Assembly: GCA_001179505.1 (NCBI GenBank)
Contig: CDMY01000243.1
Coordinates: 1 to 64,000 of the forward strand
Source of the DNA: Vitrella brassicaformis CCMP3155
Lineage: Eukaryota > Protista > Chromerida
Reading direction: 5' to 3'
Length of the DNA: 64,000 nucleotides
Shown here: piece by piece, positions 34,701-48,282 of the stretch
Numbering within the stretch: the first letter of the stretch is position 1
How the letters are laid out: each line of letters opens with the position of its first letter
The notes under the pieces: model-generated
The model's input: only the letters and a program-made list of their open reading frames with translations
Told to the model about the DNA's origin: nothing
Databases searched by the model: none
Program-made: the position numbers and the translations under genes

Positions 34701-37700
34701 CTTTGCTGGGTGAGCCGGCTGGGGTCCTGCGGGAGTGAGCAGGTGGTGCTGAGGGTGCTGCTCGGCAAGGTGCTGGTGCTGCTGTTGCATGTGGTCATAA
34801 TGCCGTCTCTGGTCTGGTTGGATCGGTTCGTGCCTCAGCTGCTCCTCCTGCCCGCGGAGCAGATCCCTCTGGCGCCGCAGGTCTTCCTCACGCAGCCTCT
34901 GCTCCTCTTCTTGGCGCCTCATCTCCTGTCGCCTAGCCTCCTCTTGTTGCCTCATCATCTCACGTTGTCTTATCTCCTCCTGTTGCCTTCGCTGCTGCTC
35001 TTCCTCCATACGACGCTGCTCGGCGAGACGACGCCTCTCCTCATCCAGACGTGGGTCGCCAGCCGAAACAGCGGCGTGGTGGTGTAGCAGCGGCTGATGG
35101 GCTGCCGAGAACTGAGGATCAGACGTCCCTGAGTGAGGGATTTGAAGTGGAGGGAATGGGGCGCCGACGGAATGCTGAGACTGCGAGTGAGGCACCGACA
35201 TCGGCAATGCCTCAGCCCTCGGTGGGCCCCCTCCGCCTGTCACCTCTGGTGTGGTCCTCAATGTGTCAGCTGATGATGGGTGAAGTCCAGCTGTGTCTCG
35301 TGCGCCGCTGGATGGCGATGGTGAGGTGTGGAAGGCGGCCTGCGGAGAAGGGGTTGGCTGTGGGCCCAGTTGAGGGGCATACCACATTGCAGATGACGAC
35401 GCCGACGACGCCACAGATGTTCGGTCGTGTTGCTGAGCAGCACCCAGCGCAGTCTTGTGCTGCATCTCCTGACCCGCCTGCCTTCCATGTCCCGATGAGC
35501 CGTCGATGCCCCCGTACCACGCGCCAGCCGAGGGAGTGGTGCCGCTCTCAGACGGTCGGAAACCAGCCATTTGCGAGTCGCGCTGGCCCTCGTAATAGGC
35601 CCCCTTGATCTCGCCCGGGGGCTGGAGCTGGGGATGAGGCTGATGAGGTCTCGGTTCGGGAGCCCTGTCGGCAGCAATCGAACCAGACACACGCTGCTCA
35701 GGGGAGCCGGCGGGCTGTGAAGCACGGCTGACTGGGGCTGGAGGGAGAATGTCGACCCCTTTCTCGGCGGTGGCGGGTGGATATGAGGAGTCTTCAGGAG
35801 GCCTTGCGTGAGGCTGTGGCGTCTGATGAACTGGTAACGCCGCTTGGCCCTGCATCGGTGGTGTTGCTGGTGCGACAGGCTGCTGCAGCGGCCGAGATGG
35901 ACCTGGCACTGGTACCGCGCTACTGGGGGGCAGTGGCGGGCGTCCTCCACGTGAGGGGTGGGAGGAGTCTCGGGGCACAGGGGCCGGTATACCGAACCAG
36001 TAGTTGCTGGGCTCCACTGGCGAGCCCTCCCGCGGGAGAGTCCGCAAGACGGCCGCTTCGTCGTTGAGACGCCTCTGCGTCAGCAATCGCGCCTCGTCGT
36101 CAGTGATCTTGGGGATGAGGTGGGACGCGTGGTTGGATGGCGGGTACTCCCGCTTGTAGGGATCCTTGCGCAGCGCCTCGTCCTCACTGTCCAGCGACTT
36201 GGCCGACGGCACAGACATCTGTGGCGGGCGGCTGAAGAGCTCGAGCTGCAGCGGGCGATTGTCCTGCAGAGCCGGTCCTGCTGGTAGCTGAATGCTACCG
36301 GCAAACGACACCGGTGCGCCCTCGCCAGGCCGCAAGGTGCCCCTCCATCCCGACGCTGCCTTTGGCTTGCCCACCTTGGCACCATGCATGCCTAGATTGG
36401 GTGAGGTGAGGCTGCCCTGGAATCCCGTTTCTTGCGGCACAGCGAGGGTCGTGTGTGGCCCCTGCCAGGCGAGGTTGGTGAGGCGCCCGGTGCTCATGAG
36501 GTCTCCCGCCTCCGGCAACGTGCTCGTGGTCGACCGCCGGCCCTTGTCCTTCTCCTTGTGACGCGTCTGCGGCTCTCGTGCGTGAAGGGCCCCGGTAGTT
36601 GGCGATCGCTGGGTGCCGAATGACGATGAGGGCAGCGTGGTCGGGCGTCCGTAGATGAGGGGCTCGCCGCTGTCCTGCCTGTCTGGGGGGAACCCTCCAT
36701 GGAACCCTCCACCATAGGCAAACCCAACAGGGCTGCCGACGCGGGGCGGGGACGCTGCGGCTGGCACCGGCCGGCCCAACTCCCGCAAAGGGTGAAACCT
36801 GCACACAGATCACAACACACATAGATCCAGTCAAGCCAGATCCCGCTGTGATTTGGTGTTTGGGTGTCCGTAGACCTACAGAGGGTACGTGTCTTCGTAT
36901 GAGGTCGGAGGTGACACTCGGCCGCCCGCAGCAGGAGCAGCAGCGGCACCCCCATACAACGACATAGACTGTGGCCCTTCGGGTATGCTGATGGGCAAGC
37001 GAGGTGGTCGGGGTACAGGCGGCTGGCCAAGGGCGCTCACAGCCATCCCTCCCAGTGCAGCATATGGCGTGGGCACTTCAGCTGGCCGTGGCTGCTCAGT
37101 CTTGCTGGCTACCGGCAACGAGGGGGCGGCCCGGTGCAGCCACTCAGCCGTCCTCTCGGTCATGCTGCCCGCCTGGGGCGGCTCCGCCACCGGCTGTGCA
37201 ACTGACGGCAGCGGCACTGAGAAGTCCCTGCTGGGCTTCGGCTGCACGGGTGCGCGGAACTCGGGGGCTATCGTGTTGGCAGGGGTGTAGGGAAACCCGT
37301 GGGACACTTCAGCAGCTGGGACGCTTGGCTGTCCAGGGAGAGGAGGGAGGGGAGCAGACACCGCCTCGGGCGGGACTTGAGCACTCGCCACGACATGCGA
37401 GTCCTGATCGAGCCGCCGGCCGTCCGGAAGGACGTAGTGGGCCTTGTTTTCATCGAGTGGCACCTGCTGCCAGAAGGGGCTGGGGAGGTTGGATTCCCAC
37501 TCCGGTCGCTCGGGCATCGGCTGGAGGTTGGATGCTGAGGCGAGCTTGGATGGCGGCACGGGTGCCGGCTGGCCGATGAAGGACGGGGGCTGGATCACGG
37601 TGAAGGGCACCGTGTAGGGCGTCTGCTGCGATGCCGCCCTGTCGGTGGTCGGCAGACGAGTCGCCATCGCACGAACCAAGCTCTGAGCACCGACAAAAGC

Positions 37701-40700
37701 TCATTATCTTGTGTGTTGTGCGTGTATGCCTCTTGCTAAGAGTGAGGCGCACACACCTGGACATGATAAGCGTTGGGCAGACAAAACTTCGCTTTCGACA
37801 TTTTGATGCCCACACTGCATGCAACAACATACGGGACAGGAGGGAAGAGAGCATCTATGCTTGACCCAGCTGGCTGCCTGTTGTCTGCTGTGCGCACGGC
37901 CACACACCTGACAGAGTAGTATACAGCTTGAGCAGCACTCTCGGTGTCGTCGCCCTCGTCCACACCGCCGCGGGCGCACCTCCCCGCCCTGTGCCTGGTT
38001 GTGTTGGGGTGTAGCTGCTGGACGCTCTTGGGAGTGATGTCGCTGGCTGATGGGTGGACAGATGATGCGTCATTGCTCATGGCACTCACGCCATTCCCCG
38101 TGGTGGACGCGGGGATGGAGTTGACGTCGCTTCCCTTGCGGTGCAGCACCTGTACTGATATCGGCCCCTCGATCTCGTCATCCCCCTCACCCAGAGTCAC
38201 GTCGCCTGCGCATTCATACATGACACGACACATGGCCGCTCCATGCCGCTTCATCCTGTCGACTCATCTGGGCGGGCATTCTACCTGCTGTTGATGCCGT
38301 GAGTCTGGGCGGCGACGCGCCTCCCGGGACCTCAAGCCGCGACGGCCGCGAGCCCGGCGATGACTGGGACGCATGAGAGGTGGGTGGGGAGCGGGGCGTG
38401 TGCAGCACGGATGCCTCCTTCTGGCCGGTGCCCGTGCTCGTTGAGGTCTTGCGAAAGCATCGGTCGACGCCAAACGTCTCGAAGACGTGGAAGATGTCCT
38501 CGTCGCGCCAAGGGAAGTTCCCTGGTGATAATTTATCATCCACACGCAACCGCATACGTGTGGCGTGGGGTGGGGTGGGGCTGGCTATGGTCGCTGAGTT
38601 CTGCACTTACCGATGCAGAGAAGGAAGTCGAGTTCGTCGAAGTGTTCGCCGAACTCAAGCGACAGCATCCGCTCCTGTACGCACAGCACATGGTGTTTGG
38701 GTGTGCGACTCATGCAATTGAGAGGTCTGTCGCTCGCTCACCATGAGGTGTGCGCGGCCGCAGTTGGGAGGCCGCACCTCCACCATCCTTGGCCCAAGCA
38801 CCACCTCTGCGTTGGAGTTGGCCAGCGGCCCAGCCCACAAGTGCACCAACAGGTCACGGGACTGCATACACGGCAGCAAACAAGCGAGCCGCGATGTGAC
38901 TCATGCAGCTGTCTGTCTGTCGGTGTGATCGTGCTCGCGTGCGTGTACCTGTTGTTGTCCAAAGTCGGGTAGCGTGTCGTCCCAGTACCACGTGAGGCTG
39001 ACGGTCGTGCGCTCGGTGTATGACCCGGGTGTGTGCTCCTGGAAGCTGTCGAATATCTCCTGCACACCGCTCACCCAGTCGAGGTCGGCCGCCTCGGACT
39101 CGCTCAACAGCTGCACCCACTCGCCCGTCCGCTTCCTGAACCATAAATGACACAGACAGTCAGTCAGTCAGACAGACAAGCAAGATGCTTTTGCGTGTCT
39201 TTATGTGTGTGTTGCTTGTTCACTGGCTGTCTGGCTCTTGAGTTGCTTGTGTGTGTATCACGACCGTACCTATAGACACATCCGTTTTCAGCGGCGAGGC
39301 AGACGGGGAGGTCCTTGAGGAGTCGCTCGAGTGTGGATCTGGGGTGGCTGCTGGTGATGATGACGGTCGTGTCGGGGTCGTTGCCCAGCAGAGTCAACGC
39401 CTCGCGCACCGCCTCAGGAATCTGGATCAGAGACTTGAAGCGCTTCATCGGCATCCCTTAAGGAAGCAATGCCATTGATCACAGAATCAATAGTGAGTGA
39501 AGCAATGAGCAATCAATCAATTAATGACTGCGTGACTCCCCCTCTGTGTGTGCTTGTGTGTTGTGTATGTACATACCTCTGTTGCCCCTGGCGGCGATGA
39601 GCGAGTCGAGAAGGTCGATGACGACCAGTCGCCTGGAGGACGCACGAAGATCCTCCAACACACGCTCAAACGCCAAGATGGGAGGCACCGCCGCACACAC
39701 CTACGCACCAATCACAACACACGGCAAACAAATCGACTTTGTGGTGGTCTGTCTGTCTGTCTGCCTGTTGGGTGTGTGTGTGTACCTCTTCGCTCTCGGC
39801 CGATGCTTCCCTGAGGGAGTTGATGAAGGTCTCGGCCCAGGTCTGGGAGGTGTGCGTGTGCACGTGACGAAAGGCATACCTACACTCACACACACACACA
39901 CACACACACACAGAGGAAGTGGATGCAGCACGTGTTGTGTGTGGTGTTGTTGGTAAGGCAACTCACTCGTGCCTCGACTGCCGTTCTTCAGGAGACATGG
40001 TGAGGGCCTGCTTGATGGCGTCAGCAGTCTCGTCCAGATTCCAGGGGTTGATGCGGATCGAACCAGCACCTACACACGCACACACACGCACAGCTACATG
40101 CTGCCCAGTCATCTGCTGTCTGCAGACTGTAGCTACCGAGCGACTGCGCAGCCCCGGCGAACTCGGACAGAATGAGCACGCCGTGTTTTCCCTCCTGGCA
40201 GGCTATGTACTCGTATGAGACGAGGTTCATGCCATCCCGGAGTGAGCTGATGAAGGCCACATCTGCCACGCGATAGAGCGCCACGAGCTCCTCGAAGGAG
40301 AGGGACTGGTCCAGGTAATGCACCGGTACCGATGCCAAGCCTCCGCGCTTGCCGATGATACGACCAACCAGCTCGTGGACCTGATCACACACGTGAGTGA
40401 CACATTCATTCGATGTTTGCTGTCCATCGGGTGTGCATCTCACCTTTGATTTCAGCCGTTGGTATTCGGGCACGACGGTCCTGGAAGGTACAGCCAGCTG
40501 CACGAGGACGCACCGGTCGATCCACTCTGAGTTCTTCTCCAGGAACTGGTCGAAGCCATTCAGCTTGTGCGGAATACCCTTCATGTAGTCCAGACGGTCC
40601 ACGCCCAATATCACCTGCACATACAGAAGTTAAGTCAGGTAAGGCCACCACCTCCCCCTCGTGCATCACATGAATCCACACGCACCTTCCTGTCACCGAA

Positions 40701-41814
40701 TTTCTGCCTGAGTTGCTGTATGCCGGCGATGACGGACGGCTGCTGCAGCTTCTGGGTGAAGGATTGAGGCTCGATGCCGATGGGGATGGTGGCGCAGTAG
40801 ACGAACACGCCGCCGATGGGTGACGCATCGATGCCCTGTGTGCTGCTCTCGATGCCCATGAGCTGCACGCAGCTGCTCAGGAAGTGCCGCATGTAGTCGT
40901 ACACGTGGAAGGCCACCAAGTTGGACGACAGCAGACCCGAGAGGATTTCAGTGCGAAAGGGCAGCATGCGGAACACCTCTTGTGAGGGGAAGGGCGTGTG
41001 CAGGAACCAACCGATCTTGGAGTCGTTCTTGCGGTCTCGGAGCATCTTGGGGACGAGCATGAGGTGGTAGTCGTGCACCCACACATAGTCGCCGTCCTCA
41101 TAGACATCGAGTATTGCGTCGACGAAGAGCTCGTTGGCCTTGCAGTAGGCCTCCCACTGCTCCATGGTGGTCTCGTTGGCCCCGTGGATGGCATCCATCG
41201 GCGGGGGGATGTAGTGGAACAGAGGCCACAAGACGTTGTTGGCGAAACCGTTATAGTACAGATCGATGATCTCTCGGTCCAAAAACACCGGGTAGCAGTT
41301 GCGCTTGCGGGCCTCGGCCACCACGCTCACCTGATCCCGCTCGAGGATCTCCGCCCCGGGCCAGCCGATCCAGACCATGTCGAAGCCCTTGATGCCCGAC
41401 AGAGCAGAGACGAGTCCGCCGCTGCTCACGCTGTAGCTGTACTCGCCGCTCTCGGACCGCTTGATGGTCATGGGCAGCCGGTTGGCCACGATCAGCAGCT
41501 TGCTCTGTGCCCGCTCCTCCTCGACCTCACTGCCTCCGCCATCGGGCGGGCCAGCCCCAGTGGGCCGCTCCTGCTGCTGCTGGTGGAGGTGGCGCTGCTC
41601 GCTCTGCACCTGCTGCTGCACCCGCTCCCTCTTGTGGATGTGGCGCTTGATCTGCTCCTCAACCAACGTGTCATCACGCTGCAGACGATGTGCCGGCAGG
41701 TACCTGCACACAGATGAACAGCCACACACAGGAATTGCCTCCCCATGAGTCCGTCGCTTTCATGTCGCGTGTGTGTCGGGCTTACGGGCCGAAAACGGAG
41801 GCGGGATGGGACAT
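31775..41814 (-). CDS. TPS1: Trehalose-6-phosphate synthase (GT20) plus degenerate TPP domain plus ~1,900-aa disordered C-terminal tail
   Basis: LLIVANRLP, SSGGLVSAL, WIGWPG, YYNGFANNVLWPLFHY, WVHDYHLMLVP, FLHTPFPS, LGVDRLDYMKG, SLRDGMNLVSYEY; TPP elements AAENG, DFLLCIG, VACSVGIKMSKAKF. Three further in-frame GT-AG introns (37683-37756, 36799-36888, 33809-33872) link to the tail ORFs. Confidence 0.9.
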
Positions 41815-42217
41815 GGCGAGGCGTGGCCTGAAAGCACAACGAACGGCGCACAAGCACATGCTTCGCCTGCTCAACATGACATCGCGCATTTCCTACCTGA
41901 TGAGCCGCTGCTGTGGCGATGCTGGACGAAAGCACAGTCAGTAGTAGTGCTGACAAGCCGAAGTAGTGGAATACAATCGAAAAGTGGCTGCTTGATGCGC
42001 TTGCGAAGCCAGGTAAGCGTAGTGGAAGATACGAAGCACAGAGAGTAGATTTTTTAATAGGATATGGTGCAGGCGGCTTCGTGAGATGCCGACTTCCATC
42101 GGAGCCGGAAACTCCGTCTTTTTCTCCCGAAAAAACCGCGAGCTGCAAGCTTAGCTCGCAGATCTTCGAGAATCTTCTCGAGAATCAACACAGAGAACCA
42201 TCAACACCACCACGAGA

Positions 42218-43147
42218 ATGGCACTCCCTGACAGCCCATCAACATTCAAAGCGTGGCTCATGGAGGCGTGGGATCTGTGCCTGGATGAGCACAAGGTAAT
42301 GGCGAACGATGCCACTGAATGGAACGATTGATGGATGGGCACGTGCCCTCTGCTACGTGGCGCTGCAGCGCGAGTGTGACCGGAAGGACCGAGAACGCCT
42401 CACGACACTCGCCAGATCATGCGAAGTGGCTGTCCTCAAGTGCGATATGCACCCCTCCTCAAAGACGCCGTCCATCAACGACTACAATCTGGAGGTCGAA
42501 TTGGCTTTCGCAGAGAGAGGAGACCGCACGGTCAAGATATTCATCGATATGGGCCGTCTTGTGCGCCTCGTGGAGGACGAGCGAGTCAGAGAAGGTGCCA
42601 GTGGCGATGAATCTGCTGTGGAGCTTGCGATGGATCTGAGTTGGAGCGTGCAGCTGAGCGGATCTGCCAAGGAGTTGCTGGCGGAATACCACGGCACCGC
42701 CAAGCTGTTTGACGATGGATCTGTGCCGCCCTGTGCGAGTGAGGAGCGTCACGACGTCGAGAATGGTGTGCTCGAGCGACTGCGGGACGCATTGGCGCCC
42801 AACATCGACCCGCCCATCCTGTTCCTCGATCTGCTCCCGTGCATCCCTTTGGACAAGTCGGTGTCGCCCTTCAAGTACCGCCTTGCACTGCTCGAAGACC
42901 GACTTGTCGATGTGAGCCGCTCATACGTTCCTCCCTCACACGAATGGATGACCGCTCTCTCTCTGGGGTGTGTGCGCAGGAGTGTTGGGACGAGGAGGAT
43001 GAGAGTGAAGCCCTCAAATCTTTGGAGGTGGCCAATGATGACGAGGAAGAGGAGGAAGATGAGGCCATGCCGCCACGCCCTGTCCCAGGGCCCGTCTCGG
43101 GTGTGCGCAGCAGCCAGAGAAAGAAGGCCAAGACCAAAAGTGGATAG
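42218..43147 (+). CDS. Hypothetical protein with acidic/basic C-terminus, divergent from TPS
   Basis: Exon 1 MALPDSPSTFKAWLMEAWDLCLDEHK|gtaatg; main exon ...LSWSVQLSG...LALLEDRLVD; last exon ECWDEEDESE...RKKAKTKSG*. Confidence 0.65.
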
Positions 43148-43761
43148 GTAGTCAATCAGTCGGTCGGCCGGCCGGCGACTTTCTGGGCGGATGGGACGAG
43201 TGAAAGGGATGGATGGATGGACGGGTGTGATGCATCAATTGTGTTGTTGTCGGCATGTCGTGGCATTTGGACACATGTACTGCAGGGGGTAGCGTAGCTA
43301 GCTAGCTGTACTGAGTGTGCGCTGGCAAGAATGTGGCACTGAGAAACTTCATGGATGCACTCCACTCCAACGAATCAGAACGTGACAAATATCCTATCCT
43401 CACGCGCCTCATACAAAACATCCAATCCCATACATACTTAATCGATTCGAATCAATCAATCAATCAGCACGCTAGCTGCACCGCTATATATATCGCTGGC
43501 TGGATGCGATGCATGTGAGAGCTGTCTGGTCTGCGGGCACGTACATGTATGTCCACACGCATTGCATTCTTGCAACGGCTCCAGAAACTAATTGCAACAG
43601 AACATCAACAAAACCGCTGGCCGGCGGATCGTCGCCCATCCAAAAGAGGGCGCGCCCTCAGGCTGCCGTAGGCCCCATGTCTGTCTGTCTGTCCATTGTC
43701 TGTCCATGTGGTTGGTGTGTATGCTATGGTAGGTACCCACACTGCAGCTAGTGCAGGTGCG

Positions 43762-46700
43762 CTACACGCCCGAGAACTGCAGTAGTTGTGTGAGGGTGTC
43801 TTGTGGGTCGCCAGTGAGTCTGTTGCGCAGGAGGGCGTGGAGCGGCCCGCCGCTCTTGAGCGTCTCCTTGGAACCGATCTTCTTCAACGCGTAAAAGGAC
43901 AATGTCACCTACACACACCCACACCCACACAGACGTAGAGCCAGGCAGGGAGGCGAGGCCTCCAGCCCAGTAGCGCAATGCATGCAATTTGTGTACCTCC
44001 GTGACGATGCGATCGATGGAGACGAACTCATCACCGAAGGCATTCCTGAAGACGACACACACACAGAGACGGACGCAGTGAGTGAAGTGCGAGGGCGTGT
44101 GTGTGGTGCTTGCTGGTCAGGCAGTGCAGTGCATCCCCTCCCTACCTGAGGAATTCTGTGATGCATCTTGCGTTATTGGGTTTTGACAGCGCATCCTTGG
44201 CCAGCTTGGACAATGCCCCAGACTTAACAACACAACAGCACGCACAACAAACCATTGATGGATGGATCGGTGGGCAGATGGCGGTTTGCTCGCCTCGCCT
44301 ACTTTGGGGTCTTTGAGTTCGATGGGGTCTCCCTGCTCGTCCTCCGCCGCCATGTACCTCATCCACCCCGCCAGACCCAGCGAGCAGTGGTGGATGTGCA
44401 GACCTCGATCACACAACTCCTGCACATCCACGCCCCATCCCATCGACACAAACGAACAGACGACTCCATCAAATCAACGCAGACGACTCCTTTCATCCGT
44501 CCTTACCATGACGGATTCGCGCATGGTGTTGTAGAACTTGGTGGATCCGTCCTCTGCGATGCGTGCGATCTTGTCCTTGATGAATCGGTTGCCGAACCGC
44601 TCCACAATCTTCTCCTTGTACCGCTCGATCTCGATCCGCACGTTCTTGACCGTCGGGGTCACCTCGTCCATATACGATCGCAGAAATGACGACACCAGCA
44701 CGTCAGCTACAGCATCGTCCACAAACCTGCACGGCACGGCAAGCAGACCGACAGACACACACACAGCCGGCCGGATGCATTCAGTTGAGATGGTGTGGTG
44801 TGGTGTGTGGTGTGTGGTTGCCTGTATCCGAGAAGGTATCCGAGGTAGGCGAGGACGCCGTGGCCGCCGTTGAGCAGGCGCAGCTTCATCAGCTCGTACG
44901 AATGCACATCCTTGACGAACATCGCACCCACCTGGTGGACACATACAAACAACCCAATCCAATCCAACAACCCAACACAACACAAGACACCATGGGGGCG
45001 GTGGGCTGGTTGGGGTGATCTCTCGTGTGTGTGCTGTGTGGCATCAATGTAGCCGCCCCCTCCCTCCCTCGTGTGGTAACAAACAGACATGTTCAAATCG
45101 CGGGCGGCCACACGAGAACTTGTCCTGCATTGTATGTCACACACACGTGCACCGCACCGGATACGCACCATTCGGTTGCGTGTTGTGTTGCGTTGTCGGC
45201 TGTTTCTTTCTTACCTCAATGACCCACTGTCTGAATTCCTCGGCCACGACAGGCCATTCGTCGAGGAGCAGGAAGTCCTGGGCCAGGATGTCGCGGTGCT
45301 CGGGGCCCGTCTGGGGCGTGATGCGATCAACCATCGAGCTGGGGAAGCTGCACAGATTGATGTGATGACCAGAAACATTTGCACACAGGCACGGAGAGAG
45401 AACGATGATAGGTGGGTGAGATGGGAGTGAGAGGGGCTTGCAGGCCCGCATGCCGCGGTGGGCTATAGTCACCAGACATTCTCTTCGACCCATTCCTTGA
45501 GTGCCCCCGAGGGGTCGTAGCGGCCGGCGAAATCCAACACCATTCGCCGAGCAACCTGAGAGAGGGGCACACACACATCCGACACGACAAGCTCCCCTCC
45601 CCAGCCATCCCATCCTTCTGTGTGTCGGTGAGTCAGTCAGTCTTACAATTCCGTTCTCCGGCAGGTTGTCGCAGGCCATGACGGTGAAGGGCACTTGGTT
45701 GGCGTCCCGACGGCGGATCAGACCCGCTGTGATGAACCCTATCGCACTCGACGGACATGACAGATCCTGAATGAACCCAGACAGAGAAACGGGGGACACA
45801 GAGAATGCGTGTGCATTCCCGTGCGTCGTTCTTTCCCTGCCTGCCTTGAGGTCGTGTTGTATGAGGGGGTTTTGGAAGTCGAGGCCGCCGTCCGTGGCCT
45901 GGCAGTAGCCCTTCTCCGTCACAGTGAGGCTGACGATCTTGGTGCGGGGGTCGCTCACACGCTGGATGGCCCGCTCGGGCTGGTCGGGGACGTACACGTA
46001 GTCCATCATCGAACCAACCACACGCGCAGCGTTCGACGTGCTGCTCCGCGTCAACACCTGCCCAACACACAGCACACACAAAGATGTGCATATCGGCAGA
46101 CGCACACGAAACGCCCCTCTACCCTACCACAACCACCAAGACTGACTGACCGTGTAGAGGTAGTCTTGGTTTCTGAGAGCGTCTCTCATTTTGGTGTCGA
46201 ATGGCATGAGGCCCACGCCGCAAAGGCCCCACTTGGGGTCCTTTGCGAGGGACTCGGCCGACTCGCCCCCGCCCCCTCCCCCGCCCGCCTTGGGGCTGCT
46301 GCTGCCGCCCGTCGCGTGCAGAGACTCGCGGGCCCTCGCCTGAGCCGTCAGCAACTCTGATCGATAGATAATGGAGAAGAGACGAGATGAGATGAGAGCT
46401 GGTTGGTTGGCCTGTGTGTGTGGTTGGTATGACTGACTGACTGACTGACCGTCCAGGTAGACGGCCTGGTGTGACCTGTGGAAGCCGCCCACACCGATGT
46501 GCATGATCCAGCAATCCACAGTCGAGGCGTCGCGGTTGTATCCTGCAGACCACACATATATATGAAGGCAGGAATGATGCTTGTCTTGTGTGTGGGAGTG
46601 TGTGTATCTGCCTGGCCTGCACCATCCCTGCACTGGAACCTAACCGTACCTACCGGGTATTTTGAGTTCGTGCCACCTATTGGCCTCTGAGAGTTTCTTG

Positions 46701-47461
46701 ATACGCGGCAGGTTGGCCTGGCAGATGGGCAGCAGCAGCGACTTCTTCCGCGCCTCGTCCAATGACAGCAGCGGCGTGTGCGGCGAAAAATAAAACCGCA
46801 GCCAGTCCTCCTCGTTGGCGAAGTGGTGCGGCGTGGTCGGGGCCGCACCCACAGCAGCAGCACCACCACCACCGGCGGCGGCGGCATCCTTGTCGTCGAT
46901 CAGCTGCTCATCGGCGAAGTCCTCACGGCTGGCACGCCGCTGGAAGTCGACGCGGGTCTTGGCGGTGGCGTCGCCCTTCCTCTGCTTGCGCTCAAACAGA
47001 TCCTTGGCCTCACCACGAGCACCTGAGCAGTGAGTGAACGGGACACATACACACACACAAGGGACCGACCATACGTTTCAATGGTGTGGTTGCTGCTTGC
47101 TTCTGTTGGCTGGACATCTGACTGACCCTTGGCTCCGTGGAGGCGCCAGTTCTGGTAGCCTGCAGCCACAGAAAAGCACATGTATGTCAGACACACACAC
47201 AGAGAGAGATGGATGCCGGGCCTTTCATTCATTCCGCGTGTGTCATGTATGTGACTGACCTTTTCTGAACTCGTTGGTCTTTTCGCGAATGCGGGCGATG
47301 GTCTCATAGCCGGGCAGCGATAAAGGCGCTGCCTCGTCAGGCAGGATGAGGTTGAGGGCGGCAAATTCATTCGACTCAGGGGTGATCTCCTCGCTCTCCC
47401 GCCGGTCGGGAAGCACTGCGGGGGCGCCGCTGCGCTCCTTGTCAACCTTGCTCTCCACCAT
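43762..47461 (-). CDS. Long-chain mannitol dehydrogenase family (M2DH-like) with ~150-aa N-terminal extension
   Basis: HIGVGGFHRSHQAVYLD, IVSLTVTEKGY, FTVMACDNLPENG, FPSSMVDRITP, VVAEEFRQWVIE, ELMKLRLLNGGH, RFGNRFIKDKIARIAEDGSTKF. Confidence 0.94.
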
Positions 47462-48282
47462 CGACAAACAAACGGCCGATACGCACGAAGCAACCGAAGC
47501 GGACGCTGGCGCCCGGATACTGTGAGAAAGGCGGCTGGTTGTGTATCCAGTATGCAAAGTAGCGGCTTAATTCGAAGATGCGTGTGGCCTCTGAGCGATC
47601 TGTATCTGCGCTAGGGCAGCGAAATGCACCGTGAAAGACTTGCAAGCTTGGGCTGGCTGGCGCAAGAGTGGAAGACAGGGGTGCACACAGCAGCTCGTAG
47701 CCCTTCTGCAGCTCGTCTGGCGTGGAGGGAACCCCCTGCTGAAGGATACACACACCCTTCCCTTCCGGACGAAGAGTGGACGGGCATCCATTCCATCCTG
47801 GAAGGCACCCACGGCAGGCAGCGGCATGGCATCAGGTGAGGGGGGAAGGGCGGATCGACATTGACGGAGGGGAGGGGCGCACACGCACTTATCTACTCGC
47901 ACAACCACACAATCCCATCGACCAGTGAGGCCAGTCAGTGTGTGTGCGCAGCCAGGGGGAGGGCACTCTAGCCGCCTGCACACGTGGCAAAGGCGCCCAG
48001 TGACGGTTTGTTGCCGTGTCTCTGTCAGGTTGAGATGACTGCGGGCGAGAGGGTCTCTCTGGAGGCATGGTGTGGTCAGGGCCGCCCCACTCTTTCATAA
48101 CTCAAGACCAACAGCGCGCCCGCCACACACACAGCCTCCTGGCCAGCCTGCAGCACCTGACAAGACCCTCTTCGACATCTGTACCAGCACGAACACCCCC
48201 AGCGTCTTCCCGCCCGCCCCAAGCCCACGCCTTGCCGACGAGTGAGTCGACCACCGCCGGCCGGTCCGTCGTGTCGTCAATT

